NCBI GenBank assembly: GCA_051362555.1 | Contig: CM120643.1 | Coordinates: forward strand, 496,001-560,000 | Source: Lingula anatina | Taxonomy: Eukaryota; Animalia; Brachiopoda | Length of the DNA stretch: 64,000 nt | Direction: 5' to 3' | Shown: positions 1 to 14,600 of the stretch, piece by piece | Layout of the letters: each line of letters opens with the position of its first letter | How positions within the stretch are numbered: the first letter of the stretch is position 1 | Position numbers and translations under genes: made by a program | The notes under the pieces: generated by a model | Told to the model about the DNA's origin: nothing | The model's database searches: none | What the model saw: the letters and a program-made list of their open reading frames with translations, nothing else

Positions 1-2600
1 GGCATCTCTAGTGGTAACTACGCGAAGGACGACCTCGTTGGCGGTTCGCGTTAGATGGCACCGTTGATGGAATTGGGAAGCGTGCGACGACATCTGGTAT
101 CTCTGGTGGTAACTACGCGAAGGACGGCCTCGTTGACGGCACCGCGTTGGATGGCATCGTTGATGGACGTCGTTGACCCTCACTTTGTTTCTTCTTGGTA
201 TCAGCTGGCTGAATAAGGTATCTGGTGTTCTCAATGGGATAACTAAGGAAACTAAAATAAAAACTACCCCCAAGTCTCATGGAGGATTTCACCGCGCACT
301 TGGACTGGAACATCATCAACAGCACCAAGTTGACGTCTGCGCCGATGGTGCCCCGGACCCGAACGGCCTTTCACCCGAGGATGAGATGTGCACTTCTCGT
401 CGCCATCAAAACCAGCAGCAACCTTGGCCAGGAACCTGTCAACTGCACCCCAAGGTCTTGGCCAGGAACTTGTCAACTGCAGCCAAGGGACCAATTCCTA
501 CATGCTGGAACCCCTCCTCACCAGGAAAAACACCTCCATATTCAGTCAGCCAACTGTCCACTTAAAAACTTAATAATTGCTAGGAGCCCTTATATTAAAG
601 AGAGGGTGCTGCCCTCTAAAAACTCACTGATCTAACTTTGTAAAACCATAGCTAAATAAGCTTGCCAATCACCTTATTTGTTAAAAGCATAAACCACTTG
701 ACTTAGGTAACTTAACGAATTCTCTGACCTTAGCACTTTATTAAAGAGAGGGTGCCACTCTCTGAAAAGCTCACAAAACTAACCTTGTATGACCATAGTT
801 ACAAAAGCTTGCCAGTCGCCTTACTTGATAAAGACATAAACTTGGCGGTATAAGTCCACCCTTCTAATTAGGTAACTTAATGAATTCTCTGACCTTAGCA
901 CTTTATTAAAGAGAGGGCGCCACTCTCTGAAAAGCTCACAAATCTAACCTTGTATGACCATAGTTAATAAGCTTGCCAGTCGCCTTACTTGTTAAAAACT
1001 CAGAAACTAGTGGTAATTAATCTAACGAGCACATGCCGGTAAATTTTAAATGACCCAAACATTAAAGATAATCGGTTTCCATATAGTAATAACCCCTTAA
1101 GGTAACTCGAGATAACTTGTCCTCTTATAGAGATAACCCCTTAAAATAACTTAAGATAACCTATAGAGATAACCTGAGATAACCTTTGATCTTATAGAGA
1201 TAACCCATGAAGATAACCTGGGATAACCTATAGAAATAACCTAAGATAACATGTTCTCTTATAGAGATAACCTGTTAAGATAACTTAAGATAACCTATAG
1301 AGATAACCTGAGATAACCTTTGATCTTATAGAGATAACCCATTAAGATAACTTAAGATAACCTATAGAGATAACCTGAGATAAACTTTGATCTTATAGAG
1401 ATAACCCATGAAGATAACCTGGGATAACCTATAGAAATAACCTAAGATAACATGTTCTCTTATAGAGATAACCTGTTAAGATAACTTAAGATAACCTATA
1501 GAGATAACCTGAGATAACCTTTGATCTTATAGAGATAACCCATTAAGATAACCTGGGATAACCTTTGATCTTATAGAGATAACCCATTAAGATAACCTAA
1601 GATAACCTGTAGAGATAACCTAAGATAACATGTTCTCTTATAGAGATAACCTGTTAAGATAACTTAAGATAACCTATAGAGATAACCTTAGATAACATGT
1701 TCTCTTATAGAGATAACCTGTTAAGATAACTTAAGATAACCTATAGAGATAACCTAAGATACCGTGTTCTCTTATAGAGATAGCCTGTTAAGATAACTTA
1801 AGATAACCTATAGGGATAACCTGAGATAACCTTTGATCTCCTAGAGATAACTACAGTAACATAGACGAACAGGTTAAAGAGAAGAAAAAAATTAACTGAA
1901 CATCACTTAATTACTTGCACAGGGAGTGCAAAACAACAGAAGCGGGTAATTAGTGGTGAAAAACGGTTAATAGTAAAAAAAGGGAGGTCATGGGGAAGCT
2001 ACGCGAAATATCTAAACAGAGAACGTAACTTCGATCTAGCAACTACTACAAGTTGAACTTACTAAAATTAGATAAAGTTTCATTAAATTCAGTTCCAAAC
2101 TACATAGAAAATGGCTAATGACAGGCGGGTTACCCCCGCGGGGGCACCCTCTAAATAAAATCTAACTCACTGGTACTAAAGGCTGTTGATTCTAATTCTG
2201 TCGAGAGGGGAGTCAGCTTTTTCGAAGAACCCACGCTTTGGCTCTGCAGCCCTATTTATAGACTCCGTTACGTCATGCTCGCGCTGTGGTCAAAGGTCGA
2301 AGGTCGCGACCTAACAGCATGGCCGCTCTGCATGGAAGTGTCACTAACTTGTGTATTGTAGATTTAGCGCCGTATTTCCATTATTTGGGATTTAAATGAA
2401 GAATTAACCTATGGGTTTAGTTGGATAAACTCCAGGACATATGTCTCTAAGGAAAAACGAAGTCTTAGGTAAGATTTAATGTAAAGTTATTGAAGAAAAG
2501 TAGATTCCGGTCATAGCAGACGATCGTGCAGCACATGTTTACATTGTTTCTAATGATTTTAAATAGCAGATTCGTGGCTCCTGTGACCCCCTTTGTTACA
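1..2600 (-). mobile_element. Same solo-LTR-like element in copy A (truncated by window edge)
   Basis: Ends GTTACA|ATAT at 2600; near-identical to 45287-47931. Confidence 0.75.
1105..1855. repeat. GATAAC-based complex minisatellite (copy A)
   Basis: Dozens of (A/G)GATAAC motifs at roughly 10-12 bp spacing, with higher-order units. Confidence 0.92.
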
Positions 2601-3229
2601 ATATGTATAATATGATATCGATAGAATTCTTTAGATTTCCGAAATACCCGAAAATTGTAACCATCAAAATGAGAGACCCAGTTATGAGAACAATTTCCAA
2701 CAAAGCTACTGAAATTTTATACAGCAATGCACTATTAGTCACACTTCAAGCACAATCTTAAATTCACAAAACACTTATTTGTGCCTATGATTTGGGCACA
2801 CTGGCTGATTGCATGAAGCACATGCATGTGACATTTTCCTGTCAGTGTTGCATGGGCAAAAGATTTGAATAAAATTTAAAAACTAATATTTAAAAACCAA
2901 TGCTTCTCTTTGCGGTTATAAATGACCCAACAAGAGTTTGTGATGTATACGCCACACTAATTGGTTAATCCCTACAAAAAACTGTGAAAGTGTGTAGGAT
3001 TAGTAGACTATCAAAAACTCATCCAAGGAAAGAAAATTTGAATAAAAAATAAAGAGATGGCACATTAAATCATATGATTGGGGTCGTAAATGACCCCACC
3101 CAGTCACTTGAGGGTTAATGACCAGATTTGTTTCTGAAAAAGGTAACGTAATCCAAAGATTCTTTTCCATTCAATTGAACTTGCCTATTAGCAGATTCTA
3201 AGTGCTGTTTAGAACTTTAATAGTTATAC

Positions 3230-4900
3230 CTAAAGTTGCCATCTTTTCCAGGTGTGCAGCAACCTCAGATGGAACTCTCTCAGTCTCCAATAAGCTGTGG
3301 GTCAGCCCGGGAAGAAGCTCTTTTGGATGATCCTTGGTTGGAATATACACTGCATCATTTCCACTGGACTGGAACCTAACAATTTGGTCGCTTCGGGGCA
3401 AAAGTTTGATCCCAATTATATCACCATAGGATGAATCAGAGAGGATGTACTTCAGGATAGACATCTTTTTGACAAATGAGAGGCTGTCTACCCAGGTGGA
3501 CACACTTGGTTTCTTTAGAGCAGTGCGCACATGTCCTGGCTGAATCTTAGCAATTTTCACTTCATGCTTTTGTAATGCTTCTTCTACGTGTGATAAGACT
3601 GTGCAAATCTTTTCGCCACTTTGCATGAGAACATTCACAAGATCTTCAACATTGTCCATGTTAGGGCTTAAATCATTGAACAAGACTTCACTGGCATTGT
3701 GCCATGTACTGGCAGAGGAAGAGGTGTCGGTTGTTGGGCTATAAAATGATTGCCTCCTTAGAGTCACTCTGTACATACATGTGACCATTTTTTCAAATTT
3801 TGGATCAGTTACACTGCAGTCTGGCATTGCATTATAAACGCACATTGGTGAAAAGCCTGCGAGAATGGCACAATTTAGGAGTTCTGCATACGCCACTGAA
3901 ACTGCTTCTTCCACCAAGCAGATGTTCCACAGAAGTGCTTTATCTGTCAAGGCAGACCTATCTTGGTCTGCAGTGGGCCATTTCAGTTGTCTGCGATTTT
4001 GGCTGAGTGCAAAGAACCCGCTGATGTGAACTGGTAGACCAGTCACACTTTTTTCTTCAAGTGGGAGCGGTAGGAAACAGAAGAAGTGGCCCTTTGGTTG
4101 TTTGGGCTTCTTTTTGACTTGTTGAAATGGTTCGTCCTTTGTGCTACAACACATAGCAACAGCCACCCATGGAAGGTAACCCAGTTTTGAATCATTTGCC
4201 AGTTCTTGAAACTGTGAACTCACTTGGCCTCCAGAAAAGTGGTTTGTGAGCATCCATTTGGTCGTCTTAGAAGTTTTGTCAACAGACTTTTTGGCCTTCT
4301 TCAAGGGGGGAGGTGTGGAGGCAGCTGATTGGTGGATATATGTCGTCTCTGTGAATTGGAGCTCATACGTGGACTGAATTGGTTTTTCTGGCCACTCATT
4401 GGTTTGTTGCACCTTAGCAATTTCTGACAAAAACTCTCTACGCTTTGATCTCACACCTTTGATGCAGTTTTTATGTAATGCCAACCTAAAGATTAACTCT
4501 GGTTTCTCACTTCCTTCTGTTCTTTCATACAATTCAATGCTTTCCAGTGATGACAAAAACAAAAGGTTCATATATGCACATGTCATGAAAGATTTGAACA
4601 AACTGTCAATTTTTTCTGATGCATATATCTGCTCTGACAATTGTGAACAGAATTGAGAGGGATCTTGTAAACCTGTCCTGAGTGGAAAGCGAAACAGTGT
4701 TCCCTTATAAACTTCACCACTGAATGTTATGTCACGGCCACCAAAAATCCCCACAAATGGTTCAAACTGATCAGGCAGAGAAGAGATTTCTCCCTCATCA
4801 TTTTCAAGATGCCATTGCTTCCCTGTTGTCCTGGGACCAAAGAATTTTTCATGTGGATCTAGGAATCCTATCTTGTCTCCACTTATTACGCTTGGTAAAT
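3230..4900 (-). CDS. SACS: Sacsin-like copy A exon 5
   Basis: 1671 nt; covers ORF 3198..4754; near-identical to 48561-50225. Confidence 0.92.
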
Positions 4901-5585
4901 CTAGAAGTAAAATGTAGAAGAATAGAAAAATAAATGCCCAAACACATAAGGTTTAGGCAATGACACATATGATTTATGCACAGGCTCATAAGGTTTATGG
5001 ACAGGCACATAAAATGTCTGAGCATGCATGCAATGCTTTATCTGAGACTTTTTTATAGACAATATAGGGACATACGTCACTGAGCTCCGAAAGACAAAAT
5101 GTTGCCCAGTATACCACATGCATATGGAAGTACTAGAATTATTGCTGGTAATATTAAACTAGACAGCAAAGCTGAAAAATATACAGACACCATAATGGAA
5201 ACAAGGCAGCAAAGCTGACAAATGTTTAGACATTCAGACTCACAAAAGTGCCCCAAATAATGTTTTGGCCAATTTTGATACACTACTACATAATATTTTA
5301 AAACAGCACAATCACTCTTACCCTCTTAAATTTCATACTGCAGGTAACATTGACAGTGAAAAACTACCAAGGGATTCAGTTTCATTGCCTATAAAAGGTT
5401 CTATAGTTATAATGTGTAAAATATTCAAACAATAAAAAAAACAGAATAATTATGATTAATGTAAACCGATATCATGCCAATTTCAAAAACAACCTTCCTC
5501 TTTACCAAACAAAGCCACTCAGTAAAATTGAAAGTAAAACAAAAATACTGTTTGGCAGTTATGGGGGGAACGTCTACAAAGTTGT

Positions 5586-5618
<33 letters not shown>

Positions 5619-8600
5619 TCAGAGTATTGTACCACCAGCTGCAGCAAGCGCATTTGCAGGAAAACAAAAAAATTGGGACACCACCACCAGTGTTGTACTT
5701 GACAAGCTCCATAAATAGTAGTTAAAAAGAGTTCTCGATTTTTTCATGTTGACAAAAACATTTTATAAGAAAATCATGGGGAAAAGTAAAAGGTCAAATC
5801 CAAATTTGTGAAGTGCATTTCATGGCGAAAAGGAGGCCAGAGGTCAAATTCAAAGTCACAAGATGACCGTCAATATATGAATTCCCATTCAGGTTCAGTA
5901 GTACCAATGGGCATATCTGTGCCAGTTTTGGAGATATAAGGGAAGGAAAATTCAAGGCGAAAAAAGGCTTAAAGTCAATTTCAAGGTCACACTTAAATTG
6001 CCAGTTTGACTTCCTATTCAAGTTCAAAAGTAAACAAGGGCATATAGACTTTCAGTTTTGAAGATGTAAGGGACAAAAAAGAGCAAGCGAGTTAACTTCC
6101 AAAGCTGCAGTAATTAATTCTCGGCTGCGCTCACTGGAAATTCTGGCACCTTGATGCATGAGCAGTAGTATCTCTAAACTGTGGAGTTCATCAGATTGCA
6201 CTCATATCTGTCGTGTGTATATGGACCTCATCTTCTTCATCTTGTTGTTGCACAAAAGCAACAAACACATTTTTCCAAGCAACAATGACTGCCATTTCCT
6301 TCTCTCTAGCTTATTACTGCGCATGTGTCGAGGTGTCAGAATCTCCTCCCAGCGCACCCGAGAATTAAGTTCAGCTTTGGAAGTAACTAGCTCGCTCTGC
6401 AAGTTAATTACGCCATGGGGTATTCGGGGCTCAGACCGTGATCACTATAGATACCCCCAATGGATTTTTTGTATTTTAAGAATTTAGATTTTTCATGTGA
6501 ACAGTGCCTAAAGGTCAATTTTAAGGTCACAGTTACATTACCAGTGTATGACTTCCAATTCAGTTCAATAGTTACTATGGGCATATCTGTCATTTTTGGA
6601 GATATAGGGGACTGAAATATTGCAGTTTTGGAGTTAAAGCAATGTGCCATAAATTTTGTACAGAAGAAATTTATTGTATTTAAATAGAGAAAAGGTCATT
6701 TTGTTTGATATTCATGAAATGTGCTCATGAAATTCTAGATGTTCGAATTTCTTGAAATAATGTCATTTTTGACCAGAAGTTGCCTGCCTCGTCTTGTCCA
6801 GACGTTTAAAATTTTATGCACATTACCATATAATGTACTTTTTGATACAGCATAACTGGTAAACCATATGAAAAAAAAAAAAAAACACAGACACCACTAT
6901 CAGTGTTGGGCTTGACATGCTCTATCAAACGGTTCTACCATTAACAGTTCAGGAAAAAGAGTTTTCAGTTTCGGCATCTAATGGCTGCTGCTCTCGAGAA
7001 AATGTACTGATTGACCCCAAACTCACAGAGATGAAAGATGACCCTATTGGTAACACCTGCCAATAATATAGGTGAGGTCTGTGCAGTAACTGAAAATTGG
7101 TGAAAATATTTTTTTGAAAAAAAAAATCCCATTTTTACATAATTTTGGCCCGTTTGGCCTTGAAATAAAGATCAAAGGTCAAAACCAAGGGCATATAGCT
7201 ACATAGGACAAGCGTTACTAAAATGTTAGGATTGCACGTCCCATTAGGATGTGTATTACTACACGTAGGACTTGCACTACTTGGGAGCCTTCGTCCTACG
7301 GACATTGAATCCTAGTAACGTATGTCCTAGGACTTCCATTCCTAACAATGCATACCCTAGGACTTGCATTCCCAGGACTTAGTGTCCGGGCAGACTTGCG
7401 ATACGAGGACGTGCACTCCTGCCACACCGGCATTTGGTGGGCTTTTGTGGCAAAACATTAACTATTTGTATGCATCTTTAAAGTTAAACAAAAATATGAC
7501 AGCTTGGCAGTTATGGGGCAAACATCACCAAAGTTGTGCAAAGAACCTGAATAATTACCGCAAATGTAAACCAATCATGCCAGTTTTCGTATGCAACCTG
7601 CCTCTTTACCAAACAAATTTAAAGTCACTCAATATAGTCTTATTTATTTCATCTGTCATAGTGATGATTTCACCGCCAAATTAAATTTCAGAAACTTCCA
7701 CATTTAAATAAAATTTTATATCAATGTTTTGTAAAGATAATTTGTTATAATGACATTTTGTGTATTGAATCTTTTAATGTATTGTGTTTATTTGAAAGAA
7801 CTGTAACCAAGTCTTAGAGCGCATTCCCAGAGATTTAGATTGATTCAACTACATCGACCCTGGGGGTTCACGCTAGATTGCTGTCAGTCGACACGCGCAC
7901 AGAATTTAATTACCCTCTTACATCTTTAAGTAGGTGGGACAGACATTTAAGCCGGCTAAGCTGACAATAATCTAGTGAGACTCCCCTCGGGGAGAGATTG
8001 ATGTAAAATATGTGGGAATGGGGTCTTAAAGGAATTTTTTAGGTCTTAAAAGGATTGAATAACTTCATTTATGGCTTTATCTCCAAGTTCAGGTCAGTCT
8101 TAGTTTAATTATGTTTAAAGTCTCTCTGTAGTTATGTCTGAATTCTTTTAATTGGCTTCAGTATCTCTGACTTAATTTCTTTAGGAATCACTGTACATAT
8201 GTATTTTGTGTATAAGTATATATAGAGAAGAACTTTGTATTGTAATCAGAGATCAGAGATCAGAGATATGAGATCATCAGAGTAAGTTTGGTCAGTCGAA
8301 CCGACAGCTGGATTGTCTGTGTTGTCATCCAGAGAAATAAATGTAGAACTCGGTCAGTTAGTAGTTGATCTCCAGAAAATATATCGTAGCTGTAACTAAG
8401 ACCAAGTGTCCCCTGTGATACATCTAAAAGAGGGCGTGGCAAAATGTGTTAAAATACCTGTATGTGCAGAAATGTTCAACTGCTCTTTGCTGCTGTCATC
8501 CTCAGTTCTATTGTTTGACCACTAGGTATAGAGTTGTGGTCAAAATGATGTCATAGACTGGACAAAGTCTGCCCCCCCCCCCCCCCCCCCTTCACATACA

Positions 8601-11600
8601 GGCATTTTAACATCTTTTTCCTCGTTGTGTTTGGAAGTTATTGTGCCAATGACACCAAAATTGTGCAAAAGAGTGTTTTAAATTTAAATGGAATTGTCCT
8701 AGAAAGTCGTGGTTGTTGGATCTTAATTACAATAATAGCTATGGTATCATCATTATCAAAGGGTGCCTTCTCTTCAGAAAATTGAACATGACGTTGAAAG
8801 CAACCGGACTATTTACCAAAAAAAAAAACCAACAAGAAAATTTAAAGTAAAAAAAAATGGTTTGGAAGTAATTAGACAAACGTCACATGTCAGACAGCAA
8901 CAATGACAGCATAGACAGACAGACAGACCAATCAGAATATATAAATGCAGGCAATTACAGTGTCTGTATATAAAAACTAAAGCAAAACCAATTTGGTAAA
9001 TTTAGATTTTTATCTTACTATGTGCTATATTCTTTGGAACCGGCAAGGTGCTCTGTTACATGTGTAAAACTGTTGAGCATAACTCTGTAAATATATAACA
9101 ACTGGCAAAAAAATAGTATATTATTTCTAAAGTTAGCACATGTCTATACTTGCTGTGTGTACCTGTGAGTGTCTGTGTGCTGCAAGTACATTGTCAATTA
9201 ACAGATTGCTAGTCATACCTGTCATGTGAAAGACAGACTTGAACCCCAAACCAAATTTTCCAACTTTTAGTGGATCATCTTTCTTGCTACTATTGTGGAT
9301 GGCTCCTATTCTGTCCCAGTCAGCATCACCAAAAACAGCATCATTGTAGGCATACAGAGCTGGGCCCTGAGAAATAATTGAAAAGAACAATTCAAAAGAC
9401 GAACATACATTAAATTAGAATGTTTTATAAATAATTTTAGTACCACAGAAGGTTGGGTTCCTGATGGGGGGGAGGGGGAGAGGAGCGGGGGAGGAGCGTT
9501 AATTTATTCCTTTTACATTGTAATTTCTGCTATCTCCTCTTAAACCATTAGGTAGTTTTGGTATGGTAAAAACTTTAAAATTTCATCACTCAGAAATTAA
9601 TAAACATTTTAGAATGTGTGAATCTGGCATATAGCCATATTAAATGAGGAACTTTTCAAAATTATCAAGACTCCAATTATCAAGTTTGATAAAATTTTCA
9701 ATTAAAGTGAAAAATATTACATTGGCAGAGAATAATCTTCCTTCAAAATTTTGATGACTGCCTTAATTTTCAAGTTTTTTACAGTATTGATAAACCTATC
9801 ATAGAGATGTGCAACTGTGGTTTGGGCTGTCCATGGGGGTGGTTGCATGATACTTATTTTTTTATTATTTTTCTTAACATTGTAATTTCTGTTATCTTCT
9901 CCTTTACCATAATATAAAAGAAGAAATTGCAGTATTGATACCACTACCATAAGGGATGTGCAATTGGCAACTTCAGAATATTGTTGTGACTGGGGGCTGG
10001 GCTGTCTCTGGTTGGTGGATCATTCAAAATTATTTTTACATTTTCCATTTCGTTTTCTCTTCCTAGATCATTAAATCAAGGAAGTTCAAGGTTTGGTGGT
10101 TAAGAGACCTATAATCAGAGATGGTCATGGCTGCTTTGGAAAATTATAATTCTTGTTTACTTCTCCAAAACCATTATATTGAGGATGTTCAGTCTTTAAC
10201 TATTGACAGATAGTGCATGGACCCCTTGGGGTTGGGCTGTCCCTGGGGGTGGATGATTCTAATCATTTTACTCATTTTTGTTTCTGCTAGACTTGTATCT
10301 CCTCCTCCCTGAGGGTGGATGCTTTTAGTTTTGTGTACTGTAACTTCAGTTATCTTCTCTCAGACCATCAGAGTCAGAAAGTGAAAACTTTTACGGGATT
10401 GGTACACCTATCATCAGTAACGAATATTTGTGTGCAAGGAGGGGTTGGGTAGGTTAACAATTGTCACCAGGGGGGCCGGGATGATTCTTTTTTACATGAA
10501 GTTAACTTCTTTTTTTAACTGATACACTGTAATTTTTATGCTGTTATTTTAAAGATTAATATAATACTTTATCACATAAGAATAGGGATTTCTTGAGGGT
10601 CATGTTCTCTTTACAATGTGGGATAGGTAATGGCTACCCACTGACACCATTTATAGTTTCTTTCGGTATTTTAACCAGAAAAGATCCTTTTTAATAATCA
10701 CCCCTATGCAGCTATACACTATATTAAGCTAAAGGATCTGAGGGATATATGATACTGTCTCCTGATATTGTCCCAACAGTGAGATTAACCTCATATTCAA
10801 GTGTAATAAATGGTAGCTATGGATGTATGGATTGAGACCGCGTCTTCTGGGTCTTCTGTAATACGGTCAGATTTTAGAGTTTACATTGACGGGTATCTAC
10901 CGTATAGCTAAAAAAAAAACACGACTATTGGTACGCGTATGATCGATAACTGATTTAATTCTCGTAAGATTACCATCCGCCCCCTTCCTTATGAATAGGT
11001 ATTACTTTATTAATACAATGCAACCGTCGTGTAGCCGCATGTTAGAAGACAATGTTTGATTACGCATAGCAGTAGGAGGCCGCTACCCCTTCCCAGCAAG
11101 GAGTCAACACAGCAGCGCGTAACCCGGGCTTAATTAGGGGTTATTAGCTGTCCACTTATGATCGGTATTGTTCGTCTTGATTGCAGCACACCTCCTACTC
11201 ACTATTGGTTCGACCGCCTCTTCTTTAAATGCTCTCTCAAACCTTTCCTCAGTCAGCCGAGAATGGAAACACGTTTATCTGCCGATAAACTACGTCGTTG
11301 ATGTATTCTACAGTGGGTCATAAGGCTCTATCTATCATTTTTTTCGTCTCGCATTTTACCAGATTAAGCTGACGCTCGAAAACTAAATTTAATGAATAAT
11401 TTTCTCACGTGCACTGTATCCAGCTAATTTTACGACAATAACTACCACGGCACCTCCGCCATTTGCAATTGTAGACGAACCACGTGTTTCCAACTGATAG
11501 GCCAATACAACTATACCAGACCCATTGTACGAGAAAAGACCGTTTATATTTAATGAATTAAAAAACATTTGAGGATTGCGATTTTCTATTGATATACTAT

Positions 11601-14600
11601 CGATGGTATCCCTGTATTAAATCATCCACTGCTACCCCCTCTTTTGTAGTGTAGCATGACTCGTATCACAAGATGGCCTTAGAAATGAAGTAAGACAGGC
11701 CTACACTCTGTTAGTTTTTAGTCTATTATTAACCCTAATGTCGTTGCTTGTCATTCATTCTAGAACTCTCTGAGCCATCGCAAAATTATTTGCCAGGACA
11801 TTTAAAGGCTACTTCTTAACGGATTTTTTTTTATTTGCACTGAGTCCAAAATGTTCGAGGACGTCTCTGTCGTTATCGCCGTTTCTCGGACGCAGTCCCA
11901 GACAAAGGATCGGAAAGTTTCTAAATAAAAGAACTTATAAATGCTGCCACTAGCCATCCTTATTGTTCCTAAGTAAAGAGAGGCGATAATGATCTTTTCT
12001 TTCTTCTAGCTTAGTCTGTCGACTAAAATGAACAAGGTTAGGCCTACAATGCAACCACCTATTATTACGACCATTAATGAGGTTCTTTGCTACACTCCCT
12101 TTCTTCATGATCGCGAAACCAGTGGGGTGCTGTGTTTTAAATATATAAAAAAGGGTCTCGCGAGGTGAAGCTATAATAATGAAATAAAAAAATCCAATGA
12201 ATAGGCCTATCTAATAAACCATGAAGCACGTAGTCTAGGCCTCTTCTTTGACCGACATCACATTTTTACATTCTTTGTTTTAATAAGAGGACGAACGTGG
12301 TCTAATTTGTCTTTTGGTGGTGTGTGATTTTGCTCGAAGTAGCGGAGTCAAGTAAATCGGTGATTTACCGTTGGTAAGAGTAGCGATCATCGCTCCTGCG
12401 TCCTCATAGATTACTTTCTAATCACCCGTAATTAACGCAGTCAGGAATAAGCGCTCAAATAGGGGTTTTTGTATCAGGGAAAATTTTAGTATTAATCTTA
12501 TGTTATTATGTATCTGTATTATGTAATCATGTAACTCATTTTCCCAAGGCGACCACCAATTATGACGACCATTAATGAAGTTCTCTGCTACACTCTCTCC
12601 TCATGATCACTTGCTCGATCGTGAAACCCTGGAGGTGTTGTATATATATTTGGGGTAGTTTACTATAGCATGCTACACTCTCCTCATGATCAGCTGCTCG
12701 ATCGTGAAATCTGGAGTGAAACCCATGGTTTATCTAACAATGGTTTAAATAAATAAAAAGGGTGTCACGGAGGTGAAGCTGCTTAACTCATTAGAATAAC
12801 GAACGAAAAAATACGATGAGCATTTAATAAACCACGAAGCACGTATGTTTTGACCGTTATCGCCTTTTTTACATAAGATGTCTCAACAAGAAGGCAGATG
12901 TAGTCCAATTTGTCTTTTGTTGGTGATTCTGCTTCAGGTAGCTGAGATTAGTTGATCGGTGATGCACCGTTGGTAAGAGTAGCAATCATCACTCCTGCGT
13001 TCTAACGGATTACTTTCCAACCCCCCATAATTAACGCAGCCAGGAATAGGCTCTGAAATAGGGGGTATTAAATCAGGAATTAATTTTTGTAATTATGTAT
13101 CCGTAAATTCTTAGGATGTAGATAACAGTAAATTGTCAAAATTTGGGTGTTTTTCAGAATTTGTCAGTATTAGATAGATGAAATATCAACTACATATCAG
13201 CCTATCTTAAAATAATGGAAGTTTACAAATAAACCCGTAATTTTAGCCTAATTGCTGATTTACCCCTGTGGTAGAGTGTCTGAGTTTTAAAGTAGGTCAC
13301 ACTTGTCCATATATGTGTTTGATTGGCAGCTCCACTGTGCAGCTGTATATTTCCCGTACTAGATTGCTGCTAAGCCTATCACATTCTGTGAGTAACGTCG
13401 CGCTTTCACTTGCCAAACAATACTTTTCATTTTGAATTTATCAGTGAACTTAATTCTGACGATCTATTAAAGCTTTAAAAAGCAGACATATAGATGAGAC
13501 GTATATGGGCAAAGGCACTCCCCCTAGGTGTCACGTGGTGAAGAATGCTGACGTCACGACTAACATGGTGGCTGCTGTCAATGCATGGAGGGGGCCTCCG
13601 GTTGAAAATGTTCAATATTAATGTTGAAAATGGATGGAAGACATAGTGACAGTTACATAGGCAGTGAGTAGAGGGCTGAACCAGTATAAATAACTAAATT
13701 TCTCAGCTTGCCAATGCAGCTCACTTATTATATAACGTTGGAATCTCCGGGGAGCACTAAAAGGCTGATTTCTCTGCTTCAGTTTATGGCTTCAAGAGAA
13801 CGATATAGACCAGTGTCAAAATTAATTAGAACTTTCAACTGATGAAAGCTGGTATTCATTCGTTAGATCTAAGGTTTGTCTGAAAGTATGTGTCTGGGAT
13901 TTCATAACATCAGCTCCGTTTTCAACTTAGGCATGCTTTAGTTAGGCTAGGGGGTCTCGTTGAACTGGAAACCAAGTTTATTTTGATATCTCTGCTAATT
14001 TAACACATATCGCTAATTTGAGGCGCATTCTTGTTGATCCCTATGAGGGCTCATGAGTCAAGCTGTCTACACAAGTCCATTTGTAGTGGACTTCTAGTTT
14101 TTAAGGTGTAAAGATCATGTTGAGCACACCTATTAAGCATTATATCTCATTACGTAACGATTACATAATAAAATGAAAAGTAGGTCAAAGGTCAATTTTA
14201 AGGTCACTTTAAGATTGCCAGTATATGACTTCCTATTCAACTTCAATAGAGACTATGGACCTATCTCTGCCAGTTTTGGAGATAAAGGAGAAGTAAAATA
14301 TGCAAAGTTCAGTTCATGGTGAAAAGTAGGTCAAAGGTCAATTTTAAGGTCACATTTAGATTGCCAGTATATGACTTCCTATTCAAGTTCAATAGAAACT
14401 ATGGACCTATCTCTGCCAGTTTTGGAGATAAAAGGGAAGCAAAATTTGCAAAGTTCAGTTCATGGTGAAAAGTAGGTCAAAGGTCAATTTTAAGGTCACA
14501 TTTAGATTGCCAGTATATGACTTCCTATTCAACTTCAATAGTAACTATGGACCTATCTCTGCCAGTTTTGGAGATATAAGGGACTAAATGTTATAATTTT

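Noticed and set aside
113-635. Overlapping 60-130 aa ORFs (also 45095-45921)
   Set aside because: They arise from GC-richer tandem repeats in the LTR-like element; no gag, RT, integrase or other recognisable motif.
1105-1855. CRISPR or iteron-like array
   Set aside because: Short degenerate motifs without spacers, inside an LTR-like element of an animal intron.
9430-10480. Recurrent gggttgggctgtcc motif as a G-quadruplex or regulatory array
   Set aside because: Irregular spacing and high divergence fit an old decayed tandem repeat; there is no evidence of function.
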